Below the pieces are notes generated by a model. That model did no database searches. It was not told the DNA's origin and saw nothing but the letters and a program-made list of their open reading frames with translations. From contig JAQULR010000002.1 of the NCBI GenBank assembly GCA_028749205.1, positions 59,644 through 123,643 on the forward strand: a stretch of DNA of 64,000 bases. Direction: 5' to 3'. Made by a program: the position numbers and the translations under genes. Below are positions 9,585-19,625 of this stretch, one piece after another. The first letter of the stretch is position 1; every line of letters starts with the position of its first letter. Source of the DNA: Acidobacteriota bacterium (lineage in GTDB: Bacteria; Acidobacteriota; Aminicenantia; Aminicenantales; Saccharicenantaceae).

Positions 9585-10517
9585 ATGCGTAAAAAGATAG
9601 CTCTGATCGGAGGCGGTCAGATCGGTCAAATTCTGGCCATGCTGGCCGCTCAGAAAGAACTTGGAGACATCGTCATTCTGGATGTCCCTGATTATGCTAA
9701 GGTATGCCAGGGTAAAGCTCTGGACCTGATGGAAATGGCTCCCCATGGAAATTATGATGCCAACATTACAGCCACCTCTGATTACCAGGATATTGCTGGG
9801 GCTGATGTAGTGATAGTTACTGCCGGAAAACCTCGAGAAGCCGGGATGACCAGAGAAGACTTGCTTAATGTCAACATTAAAATCATCTCTGAGGTAGCCA
9901 AAGGCGTAAAGCAATACGCCCCTAACGCCTTCTGTATCATTGTAACCAACCCGCTTGATGCTATGGTCTATGTCTTCCATAAAGTGACCGGATTCCCCAA
10001 GCATCAGGTTGTTGGCATGGCCGGCACCCTGGACACAGCCCGCTGGAGAGCTTTTATTGCCATGGAATTGGGGGTGTCAGTGGCCGATGTGGCTGGGACT
10101 GTTCTCGGAGGACATGGCCCGGACATGGTCCCTCTCCCTCGGCTGACCACAATTGGTGGAGTCCCCCTTTCGGAAATCGCTACTCCAGAACAGATTGAGA
10201 AACTGATAGCCAGAACCAGAGAAGCCGGAACGGAAATTGTCAAATTGTTTGGAAAAGGTTCTGCCTTTTTCAGCCCAGCCTGGAGCGCCATTGTGATTGC
10301 TGAATCCTACCTCAAGGATAAGCGTCGGGTCCTACCCTGCGCTGCCCTCTGTGAAGGAGAATATGGAATTAACGGCCTGTTCATCGGTGTGCCCTGCCTT
10401 ATCAGCGGGAAAGGTATGGAAAAGATTTTTGAAATTAAACTCACCGATGAAGAAAAAGCTCAGTTTGAAAAAACTATCAGTTCTGTGACTAAAACCGTTT
10501 CTGAGTGCCAGATCTAA
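9585..10517 (+). CDS. mdh: Malate dehydrogenase (LDH-like); start moved to ATG 9585
   Basis: GGGQIG, TAGKPREAGMTREDL, NPLDAM, LDTAR, GGHG; GGAGGAG RBS before 9585. Confidence 0.93.
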   Translation: MRKKIALIGGGQIGQILAMLAAQKELGDIVILDVPDYAKVCQGKALDLMEMAPHGNYDANITATSDYQDIAGADVVIVTAGKPREAGMTREDLLNVNIKIISEVAKGVKQYAPNAFCIIVTNPLDAMVYVFHKVTGFPKHQVVGMAGTLDTARWRAFIAMELGVSVADVAGTVLGGHGPDMVPLPRLTTIGGVPLSEIATPEQIEKLIARTREAGTEIVKLFGKGSAFFSPAWSAIVIAESYLKDKRRVLPCAALCEGEYGINGLFIGVPCLISGKGMEKIFEIKLTDEEKAQFEKTISSVTKTVSECQI

Positions 10518-10557
10518 ACAAGCAAAAAAATAATTAAAATTCCAGCGGGTAGAGATA

Positions 10558-10596
10558 AAAGAAAACAGGGCCGTTTTAAGCGGCTCTGTTTTCTTT
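10558..10596 (+). terminator. Rho-independent terminator after mdh (bidirectional-looking)
   Basis: aaagaaaacagggccg-ttttaag-cggctctgttttcttt. Confidence 0.8.
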
Positions 10597-10774
10597 AAAC
10601 GTAAAAAGGCTTGAGGAACATCCTGGCAGGGATGAAGTTGAACTAAAAAAGTTCTTGAATGTGAATAAATCAAATATTAAAGCTGGCAATAAAGTTGGCA
10701 AGACTGTTTGATTGCAGAAAATCTTAAAACCGTTTCAACCCCGGGCCTAACCGGGCTTATTTAAGATAATAAAA

Positions 10775-11941
10775 ATGCTCATTCAAGAATATCAAGCCAA
10801 AAGGATTCTTAAAGCCTTGGGAATCCAGACCCCCGAAGGCTACTTAGCTGAATCGCCTGAGCAAATCATAAAAATATGTAAGGCCCTGGGTAGTCCAGCA
10901 GTTCTCAAAGCCCAGATTCTCTCAGGTGGCCGGGGCCAGGCCGGGGGCATACTTTTAGCCAGAGAACCAGAGGAGGCAGAATCATTAGCCAGAAATCTGT
11001 TCGGGAAAAGATTGATAACTTCCCAAACCGGAAACCGTGGATTAGTGGTTAGGAAGATTCTGGTAGAAAAGGCTCTTAACATAAAAAAAGAGTGCTATCT
11101 CGGGTTAGCTGTTGACCGGGAACATGAGACCCTTCTGGCTCTGGTCAGCCGTGAGGGTGGTATCCAAATTGAAGAATTATCCCGCCAGAAGCCTGAGCTT
11201 ATCAAAATAATATCTTTCAACCCTGATGAAGGAATGAGACCATTTCAGGCTCGGCAACTGGCTTATTTTTTGGAACTGGAAGAAGATCTGATTAAACAGT
11301 TAGTATCATTGTTGAGAAACCTTTCCGGATTTTTCATAGAAAAAGACCTTAAGCTTTTAGAGGTGAATCCTTTGGTATTGACTGAAAGCCGGCTCCTGGT
11401 AGCTGCTGATGTCAAAATGGAGTTCGATGATTGCAGTCTGGAGCGGCATCAAGATATCTCCGGGCTACTCGATTTCAGCGATGACTCAGAGGAGGAAATG
11501 GAAGCTAGAAATTTCAAGCTTAACTATTTGAGGATGGAAGGAAACATAGGGTGTCTGGTAAATGGAGCCGGGCTGGCCATGGCTACCATGGATATTATCA
11601 GCCATTTCGGTGGCCAGCCAGCTAATTTTTTGGATATCGGAGGTGGGGTAACTGAAGAAGCTGTCAACAAGGCTTTTGAAATTCTGATTTCGGACGATCG
11701 GGTAACTTCAGCTCTGGTAAATATATTTGGGGGAATTGTCCGCTGCGATTTAGTAGCCAGAGGTGTAGTAAATTGCGCCGAACGGCTTGGGCTTAAAAAG
11801 CCAGTGGTAGTCAGGATGGAAGGAACTAATGTGATTGAAGGCCAGAAGATTTTAAAGGAATCAGGCCTTCCTTTTCATCTGGCTGATGATTTTGAGCAAG
11901 CAGCCAGGCTGGTTGTTTCTTTGAGCGGAAGAGAAAAATGA
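10775..11941 (+). CDS. sucC: Succinyl-CoA synthetase beta subunit
   Basis: KAQILSGGRGQAGG, EVNPL, NGAGLAMATMD, ANFLDIGGG, NIFGGIVRCD. Confidence 0.95.
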   Translation: MLIQEYQAKRILKALGIQTPEGYLAESPEQIIKICKALGSPAVLKAQILSGGRGQAGGILLAREPEEAESLARNLFGKRLITSQTGNRGLVVRKILVEKALNIKKECYLGLAVDREHETLLALVSREGGIQIEELSRQKPELIKIISFNPDEGMRPFQARQLAYFLELEEDLIKQLVSLLRNLSGFFIEKDLKLLEVNPLVLTESRLLVAADVKMEFDDCSLERHQDISGLLDFSDDSEEEMEARNFKLNYLRMEGNIGCLVNGAGLAMATMDIISHFGGQPANFLDIGGGVTEEAVNKAFEILISDDRVTSALVNIFGGIVRCDLVARGVVNCAERLGLKKPVVVRMEGTNVIEGQKILKESGLPFHLADDFEQAARLVVSLSGREK

Positions 11942-12813
11942 GTATCTTGGTTAAAGCCAAGACTAGAATCCTGGTTCAAGGGATAACAGGAAAGGAAGCC
12001 ACTTTTCATACTCAGAGAATGCAAGAATATGGGACCAGAGTCGTGGCTGGGGTAACCCCAGGGAAAGGCGGCCAGAGTCATCTGGGTTTACCAGTCTTCA
12101 ACACTGTCGAGCAAGCCAGAAGCGCTGAGGCTCCTGAGGTTTCGGTAATTTTCGTCCCGCCCCGGGCTGGGGCCGATGCTATTATGGAGGCAGCCGACGC
12201 TGGTATCAAACTGATTGTCTGTATTACTGAAGGAATTCCAGTCATTGATATGCTCAGGGCAAAAGCCTTTCTAAAAAAGACCAATTCCAAACTTATCGGA
12301 CCAAATACCCCTGGGATAATTTCCCCAGGCAAAAGCAAGGTAGGAATAATGCCTGGACACATTCATATTCCAGGCCCTGTTGGCCTGATTTCCCGCTCTG
12401 GCACCCTGACTTATGAAGCTGTTCATCAACTGACCAAGCTGGGAGTCGGTCAATCAACTGCCGTAGGTATCGGGGGGGATTCCATCTGTGGCCTTAAATT
12501 CGCCGAATTACTGGAGATGTTTAGGGAAGACCTCCAGACGAAAGCCCTAATTTTGATTGGAGAAATAGGTGGAACTGCAGAAGAAGAAGCTGCTGGCTAC
12601 CTGAAACAAATCTCTTACCCTAAACCAATTCTGGCTTATGTGGCTGGGGTAACCGCTCCACCGGGCAAGCGGCTCGGACATGCCGGAGCCATAATCGAAG
12701 GAAGCCGGGGGACCGCTCAGGATAAAACAAATTGCCTCAAGGAGGCCGGGGTAAGAATCATCTCAAATCCGGCCCGAATCGGTCAGGAAACAAAAGCTAT
12801 TCTTATAAACTAA
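11938..12813 (+). CDS. sucD: Succinyl-CoA synthetase alpha subunit
   Basis: QGITGK, GVTPGKGG, SRSGTLTYE, GKRLGHAGA (phospho-His); 4-nt overlap with sucC. Confidence 0.95.
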   Translation: MSILVKAKTRILVQGITGKEATFHTQRMQEYGTRVVAGVTPGKGGQSHLGLPVFNTVEQARSAEAPEVSVIFVPPRAGADAIMEAADAGIKLIVCITEGIPVIDMLRAKAFLKKTNSKLIGPNTPGIISPGKSKVGIMPGHIHIPGPVGLISRSGTLTYEAVHQLTKLGVGQSTAVGIGGDSICGLKFAELLEMFREDLQTKALILIGEIGGTAEEEAAGYLKQISYPKPILAYVAGVTAPPGKRLGHAGAIIEGSRGTAQDKTNCLKEAGVRIISNPARIGQETKAILIN

Positions 12814-12958
12814 GCCTGACAGATTTGCTTTCTCCTGAAAGCTGAAGGCTACCAGTTAAGAAGAAAAATCTGGGAATCGCCCGGCTTGATTTATTTGTTC
12901 CCCTTGTTCGATATAAAATGGTAAAATAAAAAAAAGAAAAGGAGAAAAGGAGGGATAA

Positions 12959-13879
12959 ATGAAAAGAGGCAATAATATGACCAGGTTAAGGACCGTGGTA
13001 ATATGGCTAATCCCAATTTTTGGGATCTTAATTCTCTCAGGGTTGTGCCTAAGTACCAGTGCTTTTAATTGGCAGCAGCAGGCAACTCCCCCACCGATAA
13101 TCGTAGAAAATGTCAGAGACAACATCTATTTAGTCAAAGGAGGCTCCGGAGCTAACTGCTATTTCTTAGCTGGAGATAAAACCAATCTTCTTTTCGACGC
13201 CAAAATGAGCCCGGATTCCATGAAGGAAATGCTATCTGAAATCCAGAAAATTTCTCCCCGACCTCTTTCAATGGTTATCCTGACCCACAGCGACGGCGAT
13301 CACACTAATGGTCTGCCAGGTCTTCCAGAAGGTACAAAAATTATATCCCATAAGAAGGCCTTCGAAGAAATGCTCCCCGCAGTTGAAAAAAGCCCTGAGC
13401 TAAAAAAATTCTTGCCTTCAGAGACCTACGAGGACCGGAAAAAGCTCGATTTTGAAGGGACCAAGCTAGAACTCAGGAATTTTGGCCCAGCTCATACCAG
13501 TGGTGATACCATAGCCATTATCCCGACCAGCAAAGTGGCCATAGTCGGAGACCTGGTATTTATCGGCCGGGACCCATTGATCCACCAGCACAAAAATGGG
13601 TCCTTTTATGGACTTATAAAAACCCTGGAATCTCTTCTGGCTTATAAGCCTGAAATTGAATTATTTTTATCAGGCCATGCTGACCCCGTGGGGCGAGAAG
13701 AAGTAATTAGCCTCCTCAATACCCTTAAGCAGACCGAGGCTCGGGTAAGAGAAATGATCCAACAGAACAAGACCTTAGAGGAAATAAAGGCTGCTTTTGG
13801 CCTTCAGCTTACCTCACCCCCACCCCGCCGTCCCCCTTTAGTTGAAATCATCTATCAAGAAATAATGGCAAAAAAATAA
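12959..13879 (+). CDS. Exported metallo-beta-lactamase-fold hydrolase
   Basis: Signal peptide; THSDGDH, AHTSGD, GDL, SGH motifs; strong RBS. Confidence 0.85.
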   Translation: MKRGNNMTRLRTVVIWLIPIFGILILSGLCLSTSAFNWQQQATPPPIIVENVRDNIYLVKGGSGANCYFLAGDKTNLLFDAKMSPDSMKEMLSEIQKISPRPLSMVILTHSDGDHTNGLPGLPEGTKIISHKKAFEEMLPAVEKSPELKKFLPSETYEDRKKLDFEGTKLELRNFGPAHTSGDTIAIIPTSKVAIVGDLVFIGRDPLIHQHKNGSFYGLIKTLESLLAYKPEIELFLSGHADPVGREEVISLLNTLKQTEARVREMIQQNKTLEEIKAAFGLQLTSPPPRRPPLVEIIYQEIMAKK

Positions 13880-14089
13880 AGCCAGAGAGATAATCAAGAC
13901 TTTTTTGGCTGTTGCTTTTTTGGGCTCAGGCAGATGATTTTAAGACCAGATGGCTTTGCTCGTTTAGGGGTGGCTGAAAAAGAAAAAGAAAGAAGAGTCT
14001 GAAGCCTGCAAAGAGATTTTCCGCTAACTTATACATCGAATGGATTAAAATTAAATGATGTAGTAGCATTAAAAATAAAGGAGGATATC

Positions 14090-14758
14090 ATGAAAAAAGC
14101 TCTTCTAATCATATTGGCATTCTCCCTGGCTATTATGAGTATTAATTGTGCCAGTTGGAGCAAAACGGCCAAGGGAGCAACGGCTGGGGCTGCTGGCGGG
14201 GCCGTAGTTGGAGCCGTAGTGGGTAAGGTTGCCGGTGATACCTTAATTGGTGCCATTACCGGAGCAGCAATTGGCGGGGCCGCAGGTGCTTATATCGGCC
14301 GTCAGATGGACAAGCAGGCTGAAGAAATGAGACGAGACCTCGAAGGAGCCAAAATTGACAGAATTGGCGAGGGTATTAAAATTACTTTTGATTCGGGACT
14401 ACTATTTGACGTCGATAAATACGAACTTCGCCCTGAAAGTAAAGAAAACCTGATTAAGTTGGCGACCATCTTAAATAAGTACCCTGACACTAACATCATA
14501 ATTGAAGGCCATACTGATTCAACAGGTTCCCATGCCTATAACATGACTTTGTCAGAAAACAGGGCTAAAGCTGTGGCTGCCTATCTAGCCACGCAAAACG
14601 TCCAATCATCTAGATTTACTGTGGTGGGCTATGGGCCTGACCAGCCCATTGCTTCCAATGATACTCCTGAAGGCCGGCAATTAAACCGCCGCGTCGATAT
14701 TGGTATAATTGCCAACGAAAAACTTAAAAAAGCCGCTTTAGAGCAAACTGGGAAATAA
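14090..14758 (+). CDS. OmpA-family lipoprotein with glycine zipper (YiaD-like)
   Basis: Signal ending in Cys, GAAGGAVVG repeats, EGHTDSTG, LSENRAKAV, NRRV. Confidence 0.92.
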   Translation: MKKALLIILAFSLAIMSINCASWSKTAKGATAGAAGGAVVGAVVGKVAGDTLIGAITGAAIGGAAGAYIGRQMDKQAEEMRRDLEGAKIDRIGEGIKITFDSGLLFDVDKYELRPESKENLIKLATILNKYPDTNIIIEGHTDSTGSHAYNMTLSENRAKAVAAYLATQNVQSSRFTVVGYGPDQPIASNDTPEGRQLNRRVDIGIIANEKLKKAALEQTGK

Positions 14759-14800
14759 AATTTGATTAGTTCTTGATAAGAAAGCTTAAGGCTGTTAGTA

Positions 14801-14861
14801 GCCCGGATTAAGATGAAATAATCCAGGTCAGTTGGCATTATTATCTTGAAGATAGATTAAG
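14801..14861 (+). repeat. Dispersed element copy D (between convergent genes)
   Basis: gcccggattaa-gatgaa-ataatccaggt...gatagattaag, ungapped against copy B. Confidence 0.8.
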
Positions 14862-14939
14862 TTAATAGGCAAGCCAAACTTAAAGCTGGCCAGCAATTCA
14901 AAGCTGTAATATATATTTATATATATATTTCCTCTGTTG

Positions 14940-16631
14940 TTATTTCCAGGGTTTGAAATCTATTAGATCTACAGAAATTGCTTTGTCAACCCGGTAGATA
15001 GAGAAATAATCTCCTACCTCTGGTATCAGTCTGAATTTAAAATAACGAATTAGTCCGTAATCTGATTGAGGTTCAAGCAAACAGGGAATCAAGTTAGCCG
15101 CCGGTTGGGAGCAGGAAATATAAAAATCTCCCCTTTTAATTGCTATTTTCAGAGTTTCAGGCTTAACCTCAAGCCGTTCAGGGGCCAAGTAATCAGCCTT
15201 AGCTGGGACTACCTCTATCGTTTTATAGGCAATAACTTCCTGAGCGGAATCCTTTTCCACCATCTTGACCTGAATTCCATGCTGTAAGAGAACCTCAATC
15301 AAGTCTAATCTGTCCCCAGGAATGATATAGCCTGCCGGTCGGCTGACAGTCAGTCTGGATTCAACCAGGGGAAACCAGTTTTTTACTACTCTGGTTACCA
15401 CTTTCAAATTAGAAGGACCACGATAGGGTTCTAAATCTTCAAAGGTTATATAATCTCCGGCCTTTTTATCAACTTTGAGGATACCTCTAATGGAAGATGA
15501 AGAAGACTCAAAAGCTTTTAGAACCAGTTCTGGCTCTCTGGGGTTTCGAGCATACTGCATTTTTAGATGGATCGAGTCATCGGCAGCTCTTTCCTCAGCC
15601 CGCTTGATGAGATTGGCCCTCTTTTCTCTGACCAGGCTGATAATCTTATCCCCATTGCTGGCCACAATTTCGGCCAGAGCTCTTAGGCCTTCATACTGCC
15701 AGTCAGTTCTGTCCTGAAGAGTTTGAAGGTCATGCCGTGAAGCTCCTTCTTGAATGAACGCCAGGGTTTCATAAATTCCTAAGCTATTCCGGCCATCATT
15801 TAAATCAGTAGTGCTATAGCGTAGCATCATTTCTCTAGTTGCTGTCTGGCCTTCAATTCTGGCTCCGGATGAAGTATCACTTCCCAGTAATTCACGGACT
15901 AAATATTCATGGAAAGCAATCTTCTTCTTTGTTAATTTCTCTTCTATTCCTCTAAGTATTGTCTGCCTTGAATAATCCTGAAGAGCCTGGTTGATGTTCA
16001 GGTTAGAGACGCAGCCTACTGAGACCCGATAATAATCGTCTCCTTTTTCATGGATATCCAGAGTGACTTCAGGTTGATATAAAGAGAAAACCTGGTGAAT
16101 AGCTTTGGTGCTTTCGCCCTCAAGTTTGACATGGTCACGGTTGAGGTCCAGACCGATTTCGTTTTGTCGGACATCATAATAATTTCCGTAAGGATTGGCT
16201 TGAGGAATAATTAGAACGTTGATTTTCTTGAGCAGGGGTTTCAATTCACCAACAGCCAGGTCTCTTAGCAACCTCAGAGCAGCTTCCTTAGCTGATTGTT
16301 CATTACCATGCTGGGAGGCGATGTATAAAACTGTAGCTTTTTTCCGGTTCAGAGCTTCTGGCTCAAGAACTCCCTCCTCTGTCAGAACACAGAGCAGAAG
16401 GTCTCTGGCGGGATAGTTATCAACCTCTTTGGTCCGGCCAATCAGCCTGACCTGTAAAACCTCAGATTTAGCATCTAATAAAGAAATAAACCTGACCACC
16501 TCTTCATACTGGCTGTATTTTACATACCGGCCTTCTTCTGCCGGAGTTTTAATTTGACTGGCGGCTGAAGCCTGCCAGAATCCCATAACCAAAATTATCA
16601 GAAAAATAACGGCTTTTTTCTTAAAAATCAT
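14940..16631 (-). CDS. Exported M14-family zinc carboxypeptidase-like protein
   Basis: Signal peptide; HGNE, NP..G, DLNRDH, LDIHE motifs. Confidence 0.85.
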   Translation of the reverse strand: MIFKKKAVIFLIILVMGFWQASAASQIKTPAEEGRYVKYSQYEEVVRFISLLDAKSEVLQVRLIGRTKEVDNYPARDLLLCVLTEEGVLEPEALNRKKATVLYIASQHGNEQSAKEAALRLLRDLAVGELKPLLKKINVLIIPQANPYGNYYDVRQNEIGLDLNRDHVKLEGESTKAIHQVFSLYQPEVTLDIHEKGDDYYRVSVGCVSNLNINQALQDYSRQTILRGIEEKLTKKKIAFHEYLVRELLGSDTSSGARIEGQTATREMMLRYSTTDLNDGRNSLGIYETLAFIQEGASRHDLQTLQDRTDWQYEGLRALAEIVASNGDKIISLVREKRANLIKRAEERAADDSIHLKMQYARNPREPELVLKAFESSSSSIRGILKVDKKAGDYITFEDLEPYRGPSNLKVVTRVVKNWFPLVESRLTVSRPAGYIIPGDRLDLIEVLLQHGIQVKMVEKDSAQEVIAYKTIEVVPAKADYLAPERLEVKPETLKIAIKRGDFYISCSQPAANLIPCLLEPQSDYGLIRYFKFRLIPEVGDYFSIYRVDKAISVDLIDFKPWK

Positions 16632-16666
16632 GTCCTTCTTCCTTTCGTATAAAACTCTTTTGGCTT

Positions 16667-16710
16667 ACCTGGACAAGTCATAAATAATCCAGGTAAACTT
16701 GATTTATTTC
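16667..16710 (+). repeat. Dispersed element copy E (head + linker)
   Basis: acctggacaag-tcataa-ataatccaggt-aaacttgatttatttc. Confidence 0.75.
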
Positions 16711-16775
16711 TTTTTACCAGATGAATATCACCATATATGTTCATATTTGTAGATAATCATAACTTATTATTAAAT

Positions 16776-18050
16776 TTAATTCTCTGACATCTTTTCCTTT
16801 TTGACAACCAATTCTGGTTCAAAAGCCAGATTAATAGTCACCACTTCTCCATTTCTCAAAACTTGAAATTCCACCTCATCTCCCCAGTTGAAACCAGCCA
16901 GAAATATCTTTAGCTCGTTAGGGTCATCAAAATGTTTGTCAGCTACCGAAAGAATAACATCGCCTTTCTTAAATCTCGCCTCTTTAGTTAATGGTTCTTT
17001 AGGATCAGCATTTACTACCAGGTTGCTCAAACCCTCTACCTTTTTCAGGCTAAGGCCAGGAGCTGGGTAATCTGGATAGTCTTTCTTTTTAACACCATAA
17101 ATATAATCAGCCAGCCCTCGGGAGACTTTTAATTTAGAATTTTCCGGAACAACCACTCCAATAACTGTGGCCGAGGGGAGCCGGCTAAGCCGGGAAGCTC
17201 TTAAATTTAATCCTAAATTGTATATCAAATGGCCCGAGCCAGCCAGAACTACCATTCGGCAACCCGTAGTTTCAGCCGCTCTTATCACATTCAGCCCCAT
17301 GGTTTCATCCCAGGCAACCTGAGCTCGATAAAGGCTTTCAAACATAGCTTCCAGGCTGTTTCCTTTCATCTGGGGTGGGATCTCTTCTGACTCAAAAACA
17401 GTTCTGATGAGCAGTCGGTGCTCCTCGTAGTTTAGATCCAGAGGCGGTATCAGCTTCTTTTCTTCTTCACTCATAGCCTGATAGCCCTGTTTCCTGATTT
17501 TAGTGATCAAATCCCTGGGCACATTCAAAGCGAAAACCGGAATTTTCTTTTCTTTAGCCAAATTAAAAATTTTTTGGTAGTAGCCGAAATTAAAATTCCA
17601 GGTAAGGTACCAGTTGATCTGGCGAAGAAACTCTTCTTGACTCAGCTTACCTGCAGCCCAGGAATCAAGGATGGGCTGTAAATCCACCGTAACCTGCTCC
17701 AGCCCTATACCCAGGTTGGGGTCTTGATTATAAAGAGATTTGATAATCCTGACCTGCCAGTCATGCATCTCTTGGTTATCATGAGTTTCGCCCGCATAAA
17801 CCAACCTGACTTTCTTCAGATCCTTAACCATCTGCTCAAACGTAACCACCTTTCCAGAGCGGGCCGAGTAAAGCTGGCCTGCAACCACTTCAAGATACTT
17901 CCCCCGAAGAGCCGGTGGACCGAGGGGAAGAGTCAAGGATTTATCTTGATCTTCAGCCATTAAAACAATAGAAAGGAATACAGTAAGAAAAATGATTCCC
18001 AGCAATTTTCTCTGAATTCGGTTGGTTATTTGCCTGGATTTCCTGGCCAT
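16776..18050 (-). CDS. ChaN/TIKI-like (DUF399) protein with C-terminal PDZ domain; start likely ATG 18050
   Basis: GETHDN..H, IGLEQ, AQVAWDETM, LAGSGH; PDZ-like FKKGDVILSV; GGAG upstream of 18050. Confidence 0.75.
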   Translation of the reverse strand: MARKSRQITNRIQRKLLGIIFLTVFLSIVLMAEDQDKSLTLPLGPPALRGKYLEVVAGQLYSARSGKVVTFEQMVKDLKKVRLVYAGETHDNQEMHDWQVRIIKSLYNQDPNLGIGLEQVTVDLQPILDSWAAGKLSQEEFLRQINWYLTWNFNFGYYQKIFNLAKEKKIPVFALNVPRDLITKIRKQGYQAMSEEEKKLIPPLDLNYEEHRLLIRTVFESEEIPPQMKGNSLEAMFESLYRAQVAWDETMGLNVIRAAETTGCRMVVLAGSGHLIYNLGLNLRASRLSRLPSATVIGVVVPENSKLKVSRGLADYIYGVKKKDYPDYPAPGLSLKKVEGLSNLVVNADPKEPLTKEARFKKGDVILSVADKHFDDPNELKIFLAGFNWGDEVEFQVLRNGEVVTINLAFEPELVVKKEKMSEN

Positions 18051-18130
18051 CTCTTTCTCCCTGGAGTTGGTTTGAATAAACATAGTTAATTTAGCTGGTT
18101 CTTAAATTTTATCATTCAGAAATGGCAATC

Positions 18131-19381
18131 TTACTTTAAATCAGGAAATTCAGTCAAAAGACTCTCTAAAGCAAAATTAGCCAGGGATTCCTGAAATCCA
18201 GCTACCTTCTCCGGGCTCTCTCTCTTCCTTTCCCAGATTCTTAGCTGATTCTGTGCTTTTTCCAGAACCTGATTTTCCAGCCCTAATATTTTGTTCAGGA
18301 CACCGTTTCCACCATAAGTTCTAAGCCGGTTGACATTAAGGTATTGACTCATTCTACCGCCTTGATCAGGATAAAGAAAAGCTACCAGTTTACGGGAAAA
18401 GGCATTAAGAGGACTGGTCTTTTCGCCCGGAGCCGAAGCGGCCTCCGGAACCCTCTCTGAATAAGGCCAGACCGGTATGGCCACACTGCTTATCGGCTGG
18501 CCAAGTATTACCCACATGGTAGCCAGGTCAGGCCGGTCAGAAGATGGCGCCCCCTCAAAAACCACAACTGAGGCAGTGCTATTACGATTAATGGTATCAT
18601 TGGTGTTGACATAGAGCGGTCTGGCCGGGTCTTCCGGTAGCTTACAGGATAAGGGATAAGAATGAAGTTTTTCATGGACCAGATCCCTGGCAGCCTGTTG
18701 TAAAATAAACCTAGCATTAAGATCATTGTAAGCCCGGGCTGATTCCGCTAAATGGGACATTCTTTCAAACCGGATAAAGCCCCCACCTTCAAGATAGTCA
18801 GGCGAAGTATAGGAAAAATTTGTCCTGACAATATAACCGAAGGGAGCCACTTTCTTATCATTGGCATCAAAACGGGTGTAATAATCACAGGAAGTCTCAA
18901 AAAAAGAGGCCTCTCCATTAGCATCTATTATCCCGAAGTTAGCTGACAGATCCCATTTTCCTTTTTCTTTCTGGAGAAACTTTTCAAAATCATCAACTGT
19001 GGCGCACTCACCCAGAACCAGCTTCATGAAAACCCCATTATCAGAGCCGCCATCCTTTCTCTCCTTAGCTATCAGATCATCAGCCTGGGAATTCATTATC
19101 GCCAGACCACGGTCATTCAAGCCGGCCCAAATTTCCCGACCTGAAACATCAGCTGAATTAATTAAGCCGATAAAGTTATATTTAGGACCTCTAAAATACA
19201 TTAGTTTGTTCAAAAGGGCAGAAGTATCCCGGTTTTTCCACATCAGGGCCCGGCCATTGCTGGTAGCTTTACCCGAAGCCAAAATCAGGGTGCAAGCTGA
19301 AGCCTCATTCTGAAAGGCCTGGAGAAAAAGAAACAAGGCCATCAAAGTGAAGACTAGAAAATGATTCCTTTTTAGTTTCAT
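18131..19381 (-). CDS. Exported Ntn-hydrolase (C45/C69/choloylglycine hydrolase-like)
   Basis: Signal peptide ending ASA then Cys1 (CTLILASG); WKNRD, GLNDRGL, RTNF. Confidence 0.75.
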   Translation of the reverse strand: MKLKRNHFLVFTLMALFLFLQAFQNEASACTLILASGKATSNGRALMWKNRDTSALLNKLMYFRGPKYNFIGLINSADVSGREIWAGLNDRGLAIMNSQADDLIAKERKDGGSDNGVFMKLVLGECATVDDFEKFLQKEKGKWDLSANFGIIDANGEASFFETSCDYYTRFDANDKKVAPFGYIVRTNFSYTSPDYLEGGGFIRFERMSHLAESARAYNDLNARFILQQAARDLVHEKLHSYPLSCKLPEDPARPLYVNTNDTINRNSTASVVVFEGAPSSDRPDLATMWVILGQPISSVAIPVWPYSERVPEAASAPGEKTSPLNAFSRKLVAFLYPDQGGRMSQYLNVNRLRTYGGNGVLNKILGLENQVLEKAQNQLRIWERKRESPEKVAGFQESLANFALESLLTEFPDLK

Positions 19382-19431
19382 TTTTAAGTCCTTTTTTTGA
19401 ATTTAAAACTTCTCTTGATCATTGGCTATTA

Positions 19432-19504
19432 TCCTGGATTACGCAGAAATAATCCAGATCAATCTGCTTTATTCCCAACTTGATAGATTATTCTCGGGGA
19501 AAAT
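19432..19504 (+). repeat. Dispersed 73-bp element, full copy G
   Basis: tcctggattac-gcagaa-ataatccagat-caatctgctttattcc-caactt-gatagattatt-ctcggggaaaat; 57/73 identical to copy B without gaps (hand count). Confidence 0.92.
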
Positions 19505-19625
19505 AAGCTGATTGAAAATCTCGAGACAGGTTCAGTTTTGTGAACGAACCGTATATTATAATCATCCCCCTAAGGAATAAAGATATTTTTAGCTGCTGAT
19601 ATGATTCTTGAAATAAGTACTAAGA

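Noticed and set aside
14907..14930. AT-dinucleotide run between convergent genes
   Set aside because: Short low-complexity tract with no evidence of phase-variation function.
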